Of a DNA stretch of 64,000 nt, positions 20,967 to 29,939 are shown piece after piece. A program made the translations under genes and the position numbers. Source of the DNA: a bacterium. Lineage in GTDB: Bacteria; JAHJDO01. The DNA lies in assembly GCA_043824255.1 (NCBI GenBank), contig JBDRTG010000027.1, positions 32,001 to 96,000 of the forward strand, given 5' to 3'. Position 1 is the stretch's first letter. Each line of letters starts with the position of its first letter. Below the pieces are notes generated by a model. The model made no database searches. It was given only the letters and a program-made list of their open reading frames with translations, and was not told where the DNA came from.

Positions 20967-20988
20967 GCTTTTTTAATTTCTAAATCTC

Positions 20989-21016
20989 TTGCCATTAATA
21001 TAGAAATTTGTATAAT
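20989..21016 (+). promoter_or_regulatory. Sigma70-type promoter of the tRNA-Phe/tRNA-Thr/rluD unit
   Basis: TTGCCA (20989-20994), 16-nt spacer, TATAAT (21011-21016), 23 nt before tRNA-Phe. Confidence 0.7.
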
Positions 21017-21039
21017 TGCCAGTGTGTTAGGTTTAATTC

Positions 21040-21112
<73 letters not shown>

Positions 21113-21122
21113 CTTTTTTTAT

Positions 21123-21195
21123 GCCCACGTAGCTCAGTTGGTAGAGCACGTCACTCGTAATGATGAGGTCACCAGTTCGACTCTGGTCGTGGGCT
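21123..21195 (+). tRNA. tRNA-Thr (CGT), CCA not encoded
   Basis: GCCCACG..CGTGGGC-T; anticodon arm CGTCA-CTCGTAA-TGATG; GTTCGA T-loop. Confidence 0.95.
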
Positions 21196-21197
21196 CT

Positions 21198-22160
21198 GTG
21201 GATACGGAATATAAATTTATAACTGATGAGCAGGATGCCGGGGAACGATTAGATAAATTTCTGGCAAATAAACTTGATGTGGTTTCCAGGTCTTTCATTC
21301 AGAACCTGATTATTGCCAATCATGCTTTGGTAAATGGGGAAAAAACAAAGCCGGGATATTTTCTTAAGATAGGGGATAATATATTAATAACTATCCCAGA
21401 GCTTCAAGATAATGCTGAGTTAAAGCTGAAGCCAGAGAATATGGCGCTTGATATACTATATGAAGATGATAATATAATAGTTATTAATAAGCCTGCAGGG
21501 ATTATTGTACATCCTGCACAGGGAGTTGTCTCTGGCACAGTTGTGAATTTTCTATTGTATCATTGCAAAACACTGTCGGATTTGAATGGGCCTATGCGTC
21601 CAGGGATAATTCATAGACTGGATAAGGATACATCAGGGGTTCTTATTGCAGCAAAAAACAATGGTGCTCATGCTAATTTAGCAGAGCAGTTTAAGAACAG
21701 AAAAGTGAAGAAGACTTATATGGCTGTTGTAAGAGGAGTGATCCCACAGGGTGAAGGCGAGATCGATAGACCGATTGGCCGATGTGTATCGCATAGAACG
21801 AAAATGGCAATTTCTTATGTTGGCGGAAAGAGAGCGCTTACTAAATTCAATGTGATTGAACGCTACCATAAGGATACACTTATTAACGCTCATCCAATAA
21901 CAGGAAGGACACATCAGATTCGGGTTCATATGGCTTATCTTGGTTATCCAATTGTAGGCGACAAAACATACGGAGAAAGCAAAGGGTTAGGATCTAAGCT
22001 GGATAGTCTGATTGATCGTCAGGCATTGCATGCTTACAGAATTAGTTTTTCTCATCCGACTTCGAATAAGGCTGTAGAGTTCATAGCGCCTTTAGTGGAT
22101 GATATAAAAAAATTAATAGATATGGAAAGGGAGTTAGGTTATGAAAGAATTAAAATTTGA
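21198..22160 (+). CDS. rluD: RluA/RluD-family pseudouridine synthase with S4 domain
   Basis: RLDKFL S4 domain, INKPAG, IHRLDKDTSG, TGRTHQIRVH, QALHA. The track start (21138) lies inside tRNA-Thr; the in-frame GTG at 21198 is used instead. Confidence 0.88.
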   Translation: MDTEYKFITDEQDAGERLDKFLANKLDVVSRSFIQNLIIANHALVNGEKTKPGYFLKIGDNILITIPELQDNAELKLKPENMALDILYEDDNIIVINKPAGIIVHPAQGVVSGTVVNFLLYHCKTLSDLNGPMRPGIIHRLDKDTSGVLIAAKNNGAHANLAEQFKNRKVKKTYMAVVRGVIPQGEGEIDRPIGRCVSHRTKMAISYVGGKRALTKFNVIERYHKDTLINAHPITGRTHQIRVHMAYLGYPIVGDKTYGESKGLGSKLDSLIDRQALHAYRISFSHPTSNKAVEFIAPLVDDIKKLIDMERELGYERIKI

Positions 22161-22377
22161 GCAGGCTCTAGACAAACTGGAAAACATAGTAAAAGAGATG
22201 GAAGAGGGCAGTGTTTCTTTAGATAAATCTTTGGAACTCTTTGAAGAAGGCGTAAGGCTAGCGAAGTTTTGCTCGGTTAAATTGAGAGAAGTTGAAAAAA
22301 AGGTAGAGATACTTAAAAAAGATGTTAATGGCATTGCATATAAAGAACCATTTGAACTGAGCGATAAGGGAAAATGA
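22141..22377 (+). CDS. xseB: Exodeoxyribonuclease VII small subunit
   Basis: FEQAL..LE.IV..ME.G..SLD.SL..FEEG..L...C motif; directly precedes ispA. Confidence 0.92.
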   Translation: MKELKFEQALDKLENIVKEMEEGSVSLDKSLELFEEGVRLAKFCSVKLREVEKKVEILKKDVNGIAYKEPFELSDKGK

Positions 22378-23216
22378 ACTTAAAAGGTTATCTATCTGCA
22401 AAAAAGAAGATCATAGACAGCAAACTTGATAAGTATATGCCGAGGAAAACTGAATATCCTCAGATCATACACGAAGCTATAAGATATAGTGTATTTTCAG
22501 GAGGGAAACGGCTAAGGCCAATCTTGATGCTCGCTGCCGGAGAGATATTTCAGCAGGAAGAGAGAATACTGTTGCCAGCTGCGTGCGCAGTAGAGCTTAT
22601 ACATAATTATTCATTAGTTCACGATGATCTGCCGGCTATGGATAATGATGAGTATCGAAGAGGGAGGTTGACCTCTCATAAGAAGTTTGGAGAGGACATA
22701 GCTATTCTTGCAGGGGATGCATTATTAACTATTGCGTTTGAAATACTGTCTGAAGAGGCAAAGGATAGCAAGCTTGCATTAAGGGTAATAAATCTAATAT
22801 CTAAAGCGATTGGCACATTTGGCATGATAGGTGGACAGGTAGTTGATATATCATGGGATAAGGATAAAGCTGAATTGCCTGAATTAGAGTTTGTTTGCAC
22901 TCATAAGACAGGAGCTCTTATTGCTGTTTCTCTTAAGATTGGAGCCATTTTGTCAGGAGCAGCTAAAAGGGAAGAAGAAGCATTGTATGAATACGGGAAG
23001 TTGATAGGAATTGCATTTCAGATTACAGATGACATATTGGATGAAAAGCAGGATAGTGAAAAAGGATTTAATTATCCTGCTTTTTTGGGCATAGAGGAAT
23101 CTGGAAAAAGAGCAGTAGCCCTAGTAGATAAAGCATTAGTAAAGCTTGATATTTTTGGCGAAAGAGCCGATATTCTCAGACAGATTGCGCAGTTTATAAT
23201 AGAAAGGGAAGAATAA
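22374..23216 (+). CDS. ispA: Farnesyl/geranylgeranyl diphosphate synthase
   Basis: GGKRLRP, LVHDDLPAMDNDEYRRG, GQVVD, KTG, FQITDDILD. Confidence 0.9.
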   Translation: MNLKGYLSAKKKIIDSKLDKYMPRKTEYPQIIHEAIRYSVFSGGKRLRPILMLAAGEIFQQEERILLPAACAVELIHNYSLVHDDLPAMDNDEYRRGRLTSHKKFGEDIAILAGDALLTIAFEILSEEAKDSKLALRVINLISKAIGTFGMIGGQVVDISWDKDKAELPELEFVCTHKTGALIAVSLKIGAILSGAAKREEEALYEYGKLIGIAFQITDDILDEKQDSEKGFNYPAFLGIEESGKRAVALVDKALVKLDIFGERADILRQIAQFIIEREE

Positions 23217-24148
23217 TGGATGCGAACTGGTTGAAAAAAACAATTGTATTTAACTTTATATTTTGCTTATTTTCTATTTATGCATTCGGCGAGGTGATTG
23301 ATTATATTATGGCAACAGTCAATGGAGAGGTAGTTACTTATAGTCAATTTAAGCAGCGTGTTTTTGAAATTGAAGAAGCGTATAGAAAAGTCTATTCAGG
23401 AGAGGAATTAGAGAAGCGCTTAAAAGAGAGAGGAAAATCGATACTGGATGATTTGATTGAGGAGTGTCTGTTATTGGGAGAAGCGAAAAGAGAAAATATT
23501 AAGATTGACAAAATAGAGATAGAAAAAATGGTAAATACTGCAAAAAGCAAGTTTAAAAGTTTAGATGATTTTTACGACACGTTAAGAAATGAGGGGTTAA
23601 CTCTGGAGACTTTAGAAGAGAAATATAAGAGAAGTTTAATGATAAAGAAAATAATTCAATTTAAAGTTAATTCAAAAGTAAGAATAGAGCCATACGAAAT
23701 TAGTCAGTATTATCAGACTCATAAAAAGGATTTTTCAGAACCTGAGCAAGTAAAAATAAGGCAGATACTTATCAAGATAGATGATGATGAGAAAACAGCG
23801 GAACAAACAGCGAAGGGCATTCTGGAAAGAATTAAAGGCGGAGAGGACATGGCCAGGGAAGGAGAAGATCTTGGTTTTATTAATGTGAGCGAATTACTGC
23901 CTGAACTGGGCGTGGCAATATCAAAATTAAAAGTTAACGAGATTGCAGATTTAGTTAAAACACAGACAGGGTATCATATTATAAGATTAGAAGGAAGAAA
24001 GCTATCAAAGGTGAGAAAATTATCAGAGGTTAGAGATGAGATATATAGAATTCTATTTAGTAGGAAAGCAGACAAGATATATGTTGATTTGGTAGATAAG
24101 CTTAAAAAGAAAGCAGATATTTATATTAAAAAGAATATGGGAGAATGA
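23216..24148 (+). CDS. SurA/PrsA-like parvulin peptidyl-prolyl isomerase, exported
   Basis: Signal peptide, ATVNGEVVT, VKIRQILI, VKTQTGYHII. Confidence 0.82.
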   Translation: MDANWLKKTIVFNFIFCLFSIYAFGEVIDYIMATVNGEVVTYSQFKQRVFEIEEAYRKVYSGEELEKRLKERGKSILDDLIEECLLLGEAKRENIKIDKIEIEKMVNTAKSKFKSLDDFYDTLRNEGLTLETLEEKYKRSLMIKKIIQFKVNSKVRIEPYEISQYYQTHKKDFSEPEQVKIRQILIKIDDDEKTAEQTAKGILERIKGGEDMAREGEDLGFINVSELLPELGVAISKLKVNEIADLVKTQTGYHIIRLEGRKLSKVRKLSEVRDEIYRILFSRKADKIYVDLVDKLKKKADIYIKKNMGE

Positions 24149-26110
24149 ATGGACCTCTTTGATTTTGACAAAAATTCAAAATTCAAAATCCAAAATTCCC
24201 CGAAGGGCAAGCCTACGGGGCAGGCAAAATTTGACAGTAACGCTCCTCTAGCTGTTCGAATGAGGTCCAGAACCCTTATAGAGTTTGTTGGTCAGGAACA
24301 TATTCTAGGCAAAGAGGGAATTCTTAGAAAAGCTATTGAGAATGACAAAATAACCTCCTTAATGCTATACGGCCCTCCTGGGACAGGGAAAACAACACTT
24401 GCTTACATTATTGCCAATGTAACAAAATCCCGTTTTGACAGAATTAATGCAGTTACATCCGGCATTTCAGAAATACGCGAGATTATTGAGTCCGCAAGAA
24501 CGAGGAAGGAAATAAACAATATAAAGACAATACTTTTTATTGATGAAATTCATCGGTTTAATAAGGCGCAACAGGATGGATTGATGCCTGCTGTTGAAAA
24601 TAATATTGTAACATTGATTGGAGCAAGCACTCACAATCCTTTCTTCGCAATAAACAGTCCATTGCTTTCAAGATCAAGGGTATTTCAATTGTACCCTCTT
24701 TCCAATGAAGATATAAAGCTTATTATAGGAAATGCGTTAAAGGATAAGCAGAGAGGACTTGGCAAGTTGAAAATTGAAATGAATGATAACGCATTGTTAC
24801 ATATTGTTAAATGTTCAGACGGAGATGGAAGAAGAGCCCTTAATGCTCTTGAGTTGGGTGTATTATTAGGCAAGCCTGATAAAAGTGGTATTATTCATTT
24901 TACAATAAAGATGGCTGAAGAAGCTGTTGGTAAAAGACAGGTAGTATACGATAAGGATGAAGGCGCACATTATGATACGATCTCTGCGTTTATAAAGAGC
25001 ATGAGAGGCTCAGATCCTGATGCAAGTCTTTACTGGCTTGCAAAGATGATTTACGGGGGCGAAGATCCAAGGTTTATAGCAAGACGAATTGTTATATGCG
25101 CTTCTGAAGATGTTGGCAATGCTGATCCTCAAGCTCTGATTTTAGCTAATGCAGCTTTGCAGGCATCTGAATTTGTGGGTTTGCCAGAGGCCAGGATAAT
25201 TCTTGCACAGGCGGTAACTTATATTGCGACTGCTCCAAAAAGCAATGCTTCTTATCTTGGAATAGATAGGGCTTTAGGGGATGTAAAAAGCAATAGATTA
25301 AAACAAGTTCCCATACATCTTAGAGTAGGAACATATCCTGGAGCAAAAGTTTTGGGACATGGCGGGGATTATAAGTATTCTCACAGTTATAAGGACCATT
25401 ATATAGAGCAGGAATATGCGCCTGATCTTCCTGCGTATTATAATCCTACTGAACAGGGATATGAAAAAAAAATAAAGGAGCGTATGGAGATTTTAAAAAA
25501 AAGGAGTAATGAAGGTGTGAGCAATATATCAAAACATATATTACGCCAGAATATGATAGCGAAACGCCAAAGGATGTCTTATGATGAAATAGCAACTAAG
25601 AGTGAACAGATTAAGAAGCAGCTTTTCGAACTGGATGTTTTTGAAAAATCTAAAACAATTATGTTCTATGTTGGAAAAGGAGATGAGGTTCAAACCAAGG
25701 ATATGGTTTTAGAATCAATGAAAATGGGTAAAATAGTGAGTGTTCCTTATATGGAAAATGGAAATCGTGAAATGCATGCATCTCTTTTGAAAAATTTTGA
25801 TAGGGATCTTGTAAATAGTAAATACGGGATTTTGTCTCCCAAAAAAGAAAGTTATAGACCTATAAATACAAGTAGTCTTGACTTAATTGTTGTTCCATGT
25901 GTTTGTTTTGATAGGAATGGAAATCGCATAGGACGTGGGGGAGGATATTACGACCGCTTTCTAAAATCAGTTTCCCAAAAAACTATGTTAATGGGGCTTG
26001 CATTTGATTTTCAGGTTGTGGACAAGGTGGAACATAATGAAAAAGATATTCCTGTGCATATAATTATAACAGAGATGAGAATCCTGAAGCGTGAAACAAA
26101 TCAGGACTAA
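24149..26110 (+). CDS. rarA: Replication-associated recombination ATPase RarA/MgsA fused to 5-formyltetrahydrofolate cyclo-ligase
   Basis: PLAVRMR, GPPGTGKTT, DEIHRFNKAQQD, ISAFIKSMRGSD; C-terminal ~200 aa DLIVVPCVCFD..GNRIGRGGGYYDRFL (YgfA). Confidence 0.88.
   Translation: MDLFDFDKNSKFKIQNSPKGKPTGQAKFDSNAPLAVRMRSRTLIEFVGQEHILGKEGILRKAIENDKITSLMLYGPPGTGKTTLAYIIANVTKSRFDRINAVTSGISEIREIIESARTRKEINNIKTILFIDEIHRFNKAQQDGLMPAVENNIVTLIGASTHNPFFAINSPLLSRSRVFQLYPLSNEDIKLIIGNALKDKQRGLGKLKIEMNDNALLHIVKCSDGDGRRALNALELGVLLGKPDKSGIIHFTIKMAEEAVGKRQVVYDKDEGAHYDTISAFIKSMRGSDPDASLYWLAKMIYGGEDPRFIARRIVICASEDVGNADPQALILANAALQASEFVGLPEARIILAQAVTYIATAPKSNASYLGIDRALGDVKSNRLKQVPIHLRVGTYPGAKVLGHGGDYKYSHSYKDHYIEQEYAPDLPAYYNPTEQGYEKKIKERMEILKKRSNEGVSNISKHILRQNMIAKRQRMSYDEIATKSEQIKKQLFELDVFEKSKTIMFYVGKGDEVQTKDMVLESMKMGKIVSVPYMENGNREMHASLLKNFDRDLVNSKYGILSPKKESYRPINTSSLDLIVVPCVCFDRNGNRIGRGGGYYDRFLKSVSQKTMLMGLAFDFQVVDKVEHNEKDIPVHIIITEMRILKRETNQD
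24170..24231 (+). repeat. In-frame heptad (AAATTCA-like) repeat plus GC hairpin near the RarA N-terminus
   Basis: AAAAATTCAAAATTCAAAATCCAAAATT followed by CCCCGAAGGGCAAGCCTACGGGG; translates KNSKFKIQNSPKGKPTGQAK. Confidence 0.7.
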
Positions 26111-26144
26111 GGATTAAGTTTATAACGTTTTTTTACTTAATACT
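26103..26144. mobile_element. Highly reduced copy of the TAAGGAT-heptad element (family A)
   Basis: AGGACTAAGGATTAAGTTT-ataac-GTTTTTTTACTTAATACT matches both arms of the 46959 and 48214 copies. Confidence 0.55.
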
Positions 26145-26173
26145 AGAAATTTGAAATTATTAGGAGAGATATT

Positions 26174-27121
26174 ATGGCTGATGTAGTGTGTCTTGGTATT
26201 CTTGTTGCTGATGTTGTTGCGAAACCTGTTAATGATGTTCCTGAGAGAGGAGAGCTTGGGATTGTTGAGAAGATTGAACTTCATACGGGAGGATGTGCAA
26301 GTAATACAGGAGCAGCTCTGAGAAAGCTTGGTGTTGATGTAGCACTGATTGGAAAGGTTGGGAATGATGGTTTTGGAGATTATCTTATAAAAGAGATGTC
26401 CCAATGCGGATTAAATATTCAAGGCATAAGAAAGGACAATAATGTAAATACATCATGTTCATTGGCACTAGTTGAGGATGATGGAGAAAGAAGATTTATA
26501 CATTGCTATGGTGCAGATGGAAGCTTTTCTGAGCGTGATATTGACTGGAATATAATTAAAGGGTGTAAAATTCTTCATATTGCGGGAAGTTTCCTTATGC
26601 CAACCTTTGACGGAATTCAAACGGCACATGTTTTAAATGAAGCTAGGAGCATGGGTATTATGACCTCACTAGACACTGCATGGGATGCTAAGGGAAAGTG
26701 GCTTGAAATTATTGAGCCCGCTCTGAAATATATAGACATATTCCTGCCTAGTATTGAGGAAGCAAGAATGATAACAGGTTTAGAGTCAGCAGAAGAGATA
26801 GCGGATTTCTTTCTTAAATATGGGATGAAAATTGTTGGCTTGAAAATGGGCAGTAAAGGTTGTTTTGTTAAGTCTAGTGATAATGAAACAGTAAAAGTTT
26901 CTCCTTTTATAATCAAACCTGTGGATGCTACTGGTGCTGGAGATGCTTTTGTTGCTGGGTTTTTAGCAGGGGTATTAAAAGGTTGGAACTTACGCAAGGC
27001 AGCTGAGTTTGCCTGTGCTGTTGGAGCATGCTGTGTGCAAGCAATGGGGGCTAAAGCAGGCATCAGAAGCTTTGATGAGACAATTAAGTTTATAGAAGAT
27101 CATAAACAAGGCTCTTTCTGA
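26174..27121 (+). CDS. PfkB-family carbohydrate kinase
   Basis: GG(C)ASN..LG, GKVGNDGFG, VDATGAGDAFVAGFL. Confidence 0.9.
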   Translation: MADVVCLGILVADVVAKPVNDVPERGELGIVEKIELHTGGCASNTGAALRKLGVDVALIGKVGNDGFGDYLIKEMSQCGLNIQGIRKDNNVNTSCSLALVEDDGERRFIHCYGADGSFSERDIDWNIIKGCKILHIAGSFLMPTFDGIQTAHVLNEARSMGIMTSLDTAWDAKGKWLEIIEPALKYIDIFLPSIEEARMITGLESAEEIADFFLKYGMKIVGLKMGSKGCFVKSSDNETVKVSPFIIKPVDATGAGDAFVAGFLAGVLKGWNLRKAAEFACAVGACCVQAMGAKAGIRSFDETIKFIEDHKQGSF

Positions 27122-27942
27122 TGGTATTCAGGCTTATTGATTCAGAAAGCAACACTGCCTCAAGAAATATGGCAACAGATGAGGCTATTTTTTCCTGTCA
27201 TGGTAAAGGATGTTTTGAATATACATTGCGTCTGTATACATGGACTCCTCCTGCTGTCTCAATTGGATATTTTCAGGATTTACGTAAGGAAATTGATCTG
27301 GAAAATTGTAGGAGCTTGGGCATGAACTATGTGCGCAGACCTACTGGAGGAGGAGCAATACTGCACGACATGGAGTTAACCTATTCATTTACTGCCAGTA
27401 CCGGAGGGATTATTCCCATGGATATTTGCGAATCATATAAAGTCATATGTGGAGCTATTATTATTGGTTTGAAGTCATTAGGAATTAGTGCAGGAAACAG
27501 AAAAAGAGAAGTAAAATTGCGAGAAAGAGAGTCTCCTGTATGTTTTGTTGAATCATCGAATTACGATATTGTAGTTCGTGGGAAGAAAATGGTTGGGAGT
27601 GCTCAAAGAAGGATCAAGGACAAGCTTATCCAACATGGGTCTGTTCTAATTGATTTTGATACAGGGAAAATGCACAGTATTTTTAAAACTAGTTTGCCAT
27701 TTGGAAAGTTTAATAAAGATTTTGTAAATAATGTAACCTCTCTAAAACAGGAGTTAGGTTATTCTATTGATCTAGACAAATTAAAACGCGCAATATGTTT
27801 TGGGTTTGAAGAGCTGTTTAAAACTGAGGTTAGGGAAGAGGGTTTGACGAATACAGAGATAGCTCTTGTTGAAAAGCTAGATAATTTACAGTATGATAGC
27901 CTAGATTGGAATGTGAATAGAAAAAGGAATTTAGCAGAATGA
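27121..27942 (+). CDS. Lipoate-protein ligase A / LipM family
   Basis: NMATDEA, LRLYTW, VRRPTGGGAILHD, KKMVGSAQ, QHGS. Confidence 0.88.
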   Translation: MVFRLIDSESNTASRNMATDEAIFSCHGKGCFEYTLRLYTWTPPAVSIGYFQDLRKEIDLENCRSLGMNYVRRPTGGGAILHDMELTYSFTASTGGIIPMDICESYKVICGAIIIGLKSLGISAGNRKREVKLRERESPVCFVESSNYDIVVRGKKMVGSAQRRIKDKLIQHGSVLIDFDTGKMHSIFKTSLPFGKFNKDFVNNVTSLKQELGYSIDLDKLKRAICFGFEELFKTEVREEGLTNTEIALVEKLDNLQYDSLDWNVNRKRNLAE

Positions 27943-28430
27943 GCATGATAGAGATGTTTGTTGCAGGGGTGGCAATTGATCCAACAAATAATATGCCTAT
28001 TATAATCTTGAAAAATAGTGATAAAAAAAGAACCCTCCCTATATGGATAGGAATATCTGAGGCAAGTGCTATTGCAATGAAATTAGTTGGGGCGAGTTCG
28101 GCAAGGCCATTAACTCATGATCTTATAAAATCTGTAATTGAAGTGTGCAGAGCAAAAATATTGGAAGTAAACATAGACGGCTTTAATGAGAACACGTTTT
28201 TTGCAAAAATAAAGATTAAATTGGGAAGAAGGACATTTCTTATTGATTCACGTCCAAGCGATGCAATAGCTCTAGCATTACGTGCTGGTGTTTCTATTCT
28301 CGTTGATGAAAAAGTAATTGAGCGGGCTACAACAACTGTGAATGTTACAGAAGTTGAAGGGAAAACAGAAGATTTTAAAAGTCTTTTAAAAGATCTTAAT
28401 ACAGAGGATTTTAGTAGGTACAAGATGTGA
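27939..28430 (+). CDS. Bifunctional nuclease (DUF151) family protein
   Basis: LPIWIG..EA.AI, RPLTHDL, DSRPSDAIALA. Confidence 0.9.
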   Translation: MSMIEMFVAGVAIDPTNNMPIIILKNSDKKRTLPIWIGISEASAIAMKLVGASSARPLTHDLIKSVIEVCRAKILEVNIDGFNENTFFAKIKIKLGRRTFLIDSRPSDAIALALRAGVSILVDEKVIERATTTVNVTEVEGKTEDFKSLLKDLNTEDFSRYKM

Positions 28431-28446
28431 CGGAGAAGCAAATATA

Positions 28447-29292
28447 ATGAATACAGGAAATATACCGGTTATATCTGTTAGCGGGAGAACTTTAGCAGAG
28501 GTATGGGAAAAAGCGGTGCTTGAGACATGGAATAAAGGGCTCAAGATAAAAACAGAGTATGATAAAAAAGAGGATCCTCCTAGCAGAGATTGTACAATGA
28601 TAATGGTTGTGGATGATCCCTTTGCTGAGCCGCGAATTCATCGCGCTTTTCCAGCGGGACTTGAAGAGTTAGAGATCTACCGTCAGGAGGTCGTAAAAGG
28701 TGTTCATGATCACTGGATTAATCCTGAACAAGGGAAATGGACATACACATATCACAAGCGACTTTTTGGATATGAGGTTGAAGGCGCAGAGATTAATCAG
28801 ATAGATTATATTGTAAATAAGCTCGTACAGACTCCCTATAGCCGTAGAGCTCAGGCAATAACATGGAATCCTAAAACTGACCCGCTTACATATGATCCGC
28901 CATGTCTTCAAAGATGCTGGTTTAGACTTTCAAGAAATGAGCATAAGAGATTAGTATTGAATATGAATACACATTGGCGTTCAAGAGATGGCTTTAAGGC
29001 TGCATTTATGAACATATTCGCCTTAACTGACCTGCAGAAACTGGTAGCTGCGCGTATAAGTAAGAAGGTTCATGAACAAGTTGTTGTTGGTAGATATGCT
29101 GACATAACAGACAGCTTTCATATTTATGGTTCATATCTTGAGCAATTTCGGGATTTTCTAAATACCGTAAAGAACCGAAGTTTTCAGGAGAGAACCTGGA
29201 CAAGCGAATTCTGCGAACCGTTCTTTGAAGAGGGTAGAAGAAGACTTAAGGATGAACAGGACAAGGAACAAAGTGCCGGAGGCCGGACTTGA
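28447..29292 (+). CDS. thyA: Thymidylate synthase, short archaeal-like type
   Basis: YTYHKRL, NQIDYIV, SRRAQAITW, PPCLQ (catalytic Cys), RSRD...A..N, SFHIY. Confidence 0.75.
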   Translation: MNTGNIPVISVSGRTLAEVWEKAVLETWNKGLKIKTEYDKKEDPPSRDCTMIMVVDDPFAEPRIHRAFPAGLEELEIYRQEVVKGVHDHWINPEQGKWTYTYHKRLFGYEVEGAEINQIDYIVNKLVQTPYSRRAQAITWNPKTDPLTYDPPCLQRCWFRLSRNEHKRLVLNMNTHWRSRDGFKAAFMNIFALTDLQKLVAARISKKVHEQVVVGRYADITDSFHIYGSYLEQFRDFLNTVKNRSFQERTWTSEFCEPFFEEGRRRLKDEQDKEQSAGGRT

Positions 29293-29358
29293 ACCGGCAT
29301 GAACCAAAAGTTCGAGGGATTTTAAGTCCCTTGCGTCTGCCAATTTCGCCACTCCGGC
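29274..29358 (-). tRNA. tRNA-Leu (TAA), CCA not encoded
   Basis: Reverse complement GCCGGAGTGGCGAAATTGGCAGACGCAAGGGACTTAAAATCCCTCG...GGTTCAAGTCCGGCCTCCGGCA, with long variable arm. Confidence 0.95.
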
Positions 29359-29370
29359 AGTAATACTTAG

Positions 29371-29442
<72 letters not shown>

Positions 29443-29450
29443 ACATTATA

Positions 29451-29533
29451 ACTTCTAAATTGTCAATTATTAATTTTAAATTTTGAATTAAAAAGGTAAT
29501 TAAAAATTAAGAATTCAAAACTAAGAATTAATA
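29451..29533. repeat. AT-rich heptad inverted-arm element (family B) in the tRNA-Cys leader
   Basis: Left arm TCTAAATTGTCAATTATTAATTTTAAATTTTGAATT and right arm AATTAAAAATTAAGAATTCAAAACTAAGAATT are mutually complementary and resemble the pilin-cluster copies. Confidence 0.65.
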
Positions 29534-29538
29534 GAGTT

Positions 29539-29567
29539 ATGATAGCTATTTTTACAATTTCAGTCAA
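29539..29567 (-). promoter_or_regulatory. Sigma70-type promoter for tRNA-Cys/tRNA-Leu
   Basis: Minus strand TTGACT, 17-nt spacer, TATCAT. Confidence 0.6.
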
Positions 29568-29574
29568 TAAGTAA

Positions 29575-29603
29575 TTGAAGCGATATAAAGTGTATGTTAT
29601 GAT
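29575..29603 (+). promoter_or_regulatory. Sigma70-type promoter for rpmE-prfA-prmC
   Basis: TTGAAG, 17-nt spacer ending TGT (extended -10), TATGAT. Confidence 0.6.
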
Positions 29604-29639
29604 TATCTCCAGTTAAAATGGAATAAGGGAAAAAGTATT

Positions 29640-29837
29640 ATGAAAAAAGATGTTCATCCAGGATATTATGAGACTACTATTACATGTGCCTGTGGAGAAG
29701 TTATCCATACACGTTCTACAAAAAAAAGTATCAGAGTAGAAATTTGTTCAAAGTGTCATCCTTTTTACACAGGTAAACAGAAGTTTGTTGACAGTGCTGG
29801 AAGGGTTGACAAGTTTAAGAAAAAATATAATCTCTAA
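29640..29837 (+). CDS. rpmE: 50S ribosomal protein L31, zinc-binding type
   Basis: [30 protein letters not shown]. Confidence 0.97.
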   Translation: MKKDVHPGYYETTITCACGEVIHTRSTKKSIRVEICSKCHPFYTGKQKFVDSAGRVDKFKKKYNL

Positions 29838-29846
29838 ACTGGGAAT

Positions 29847-29916
29847 GGGCGGAGGCAAGCCCCGCCCCCACAATGTGAAAATTGGGAAATGTAGGGGCAG
29901 ACCTTGCGTCTGCCCT
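29847..29916. repeat. Oppositely oriented pair of GTAG/GTGG-type REP hairpins
   Basis: GGGCGGAGGCAAGCCCCGCCCCCAC (reverse complement starts GTGGGGGCGGG) and GTAGGGGCAGACCTTGCGTCTGCCCT; GC-rich in an AT-rich background. Confidence 0.7.
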
Positions 29917-29939
29917 GATACGCTTAAACGAAGGATACT

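Noticed and set aside
21138..21197. N-terminal extension of RluD in the ORF track
   Set aside because: It is the tRNA-Thr gene read in frame.
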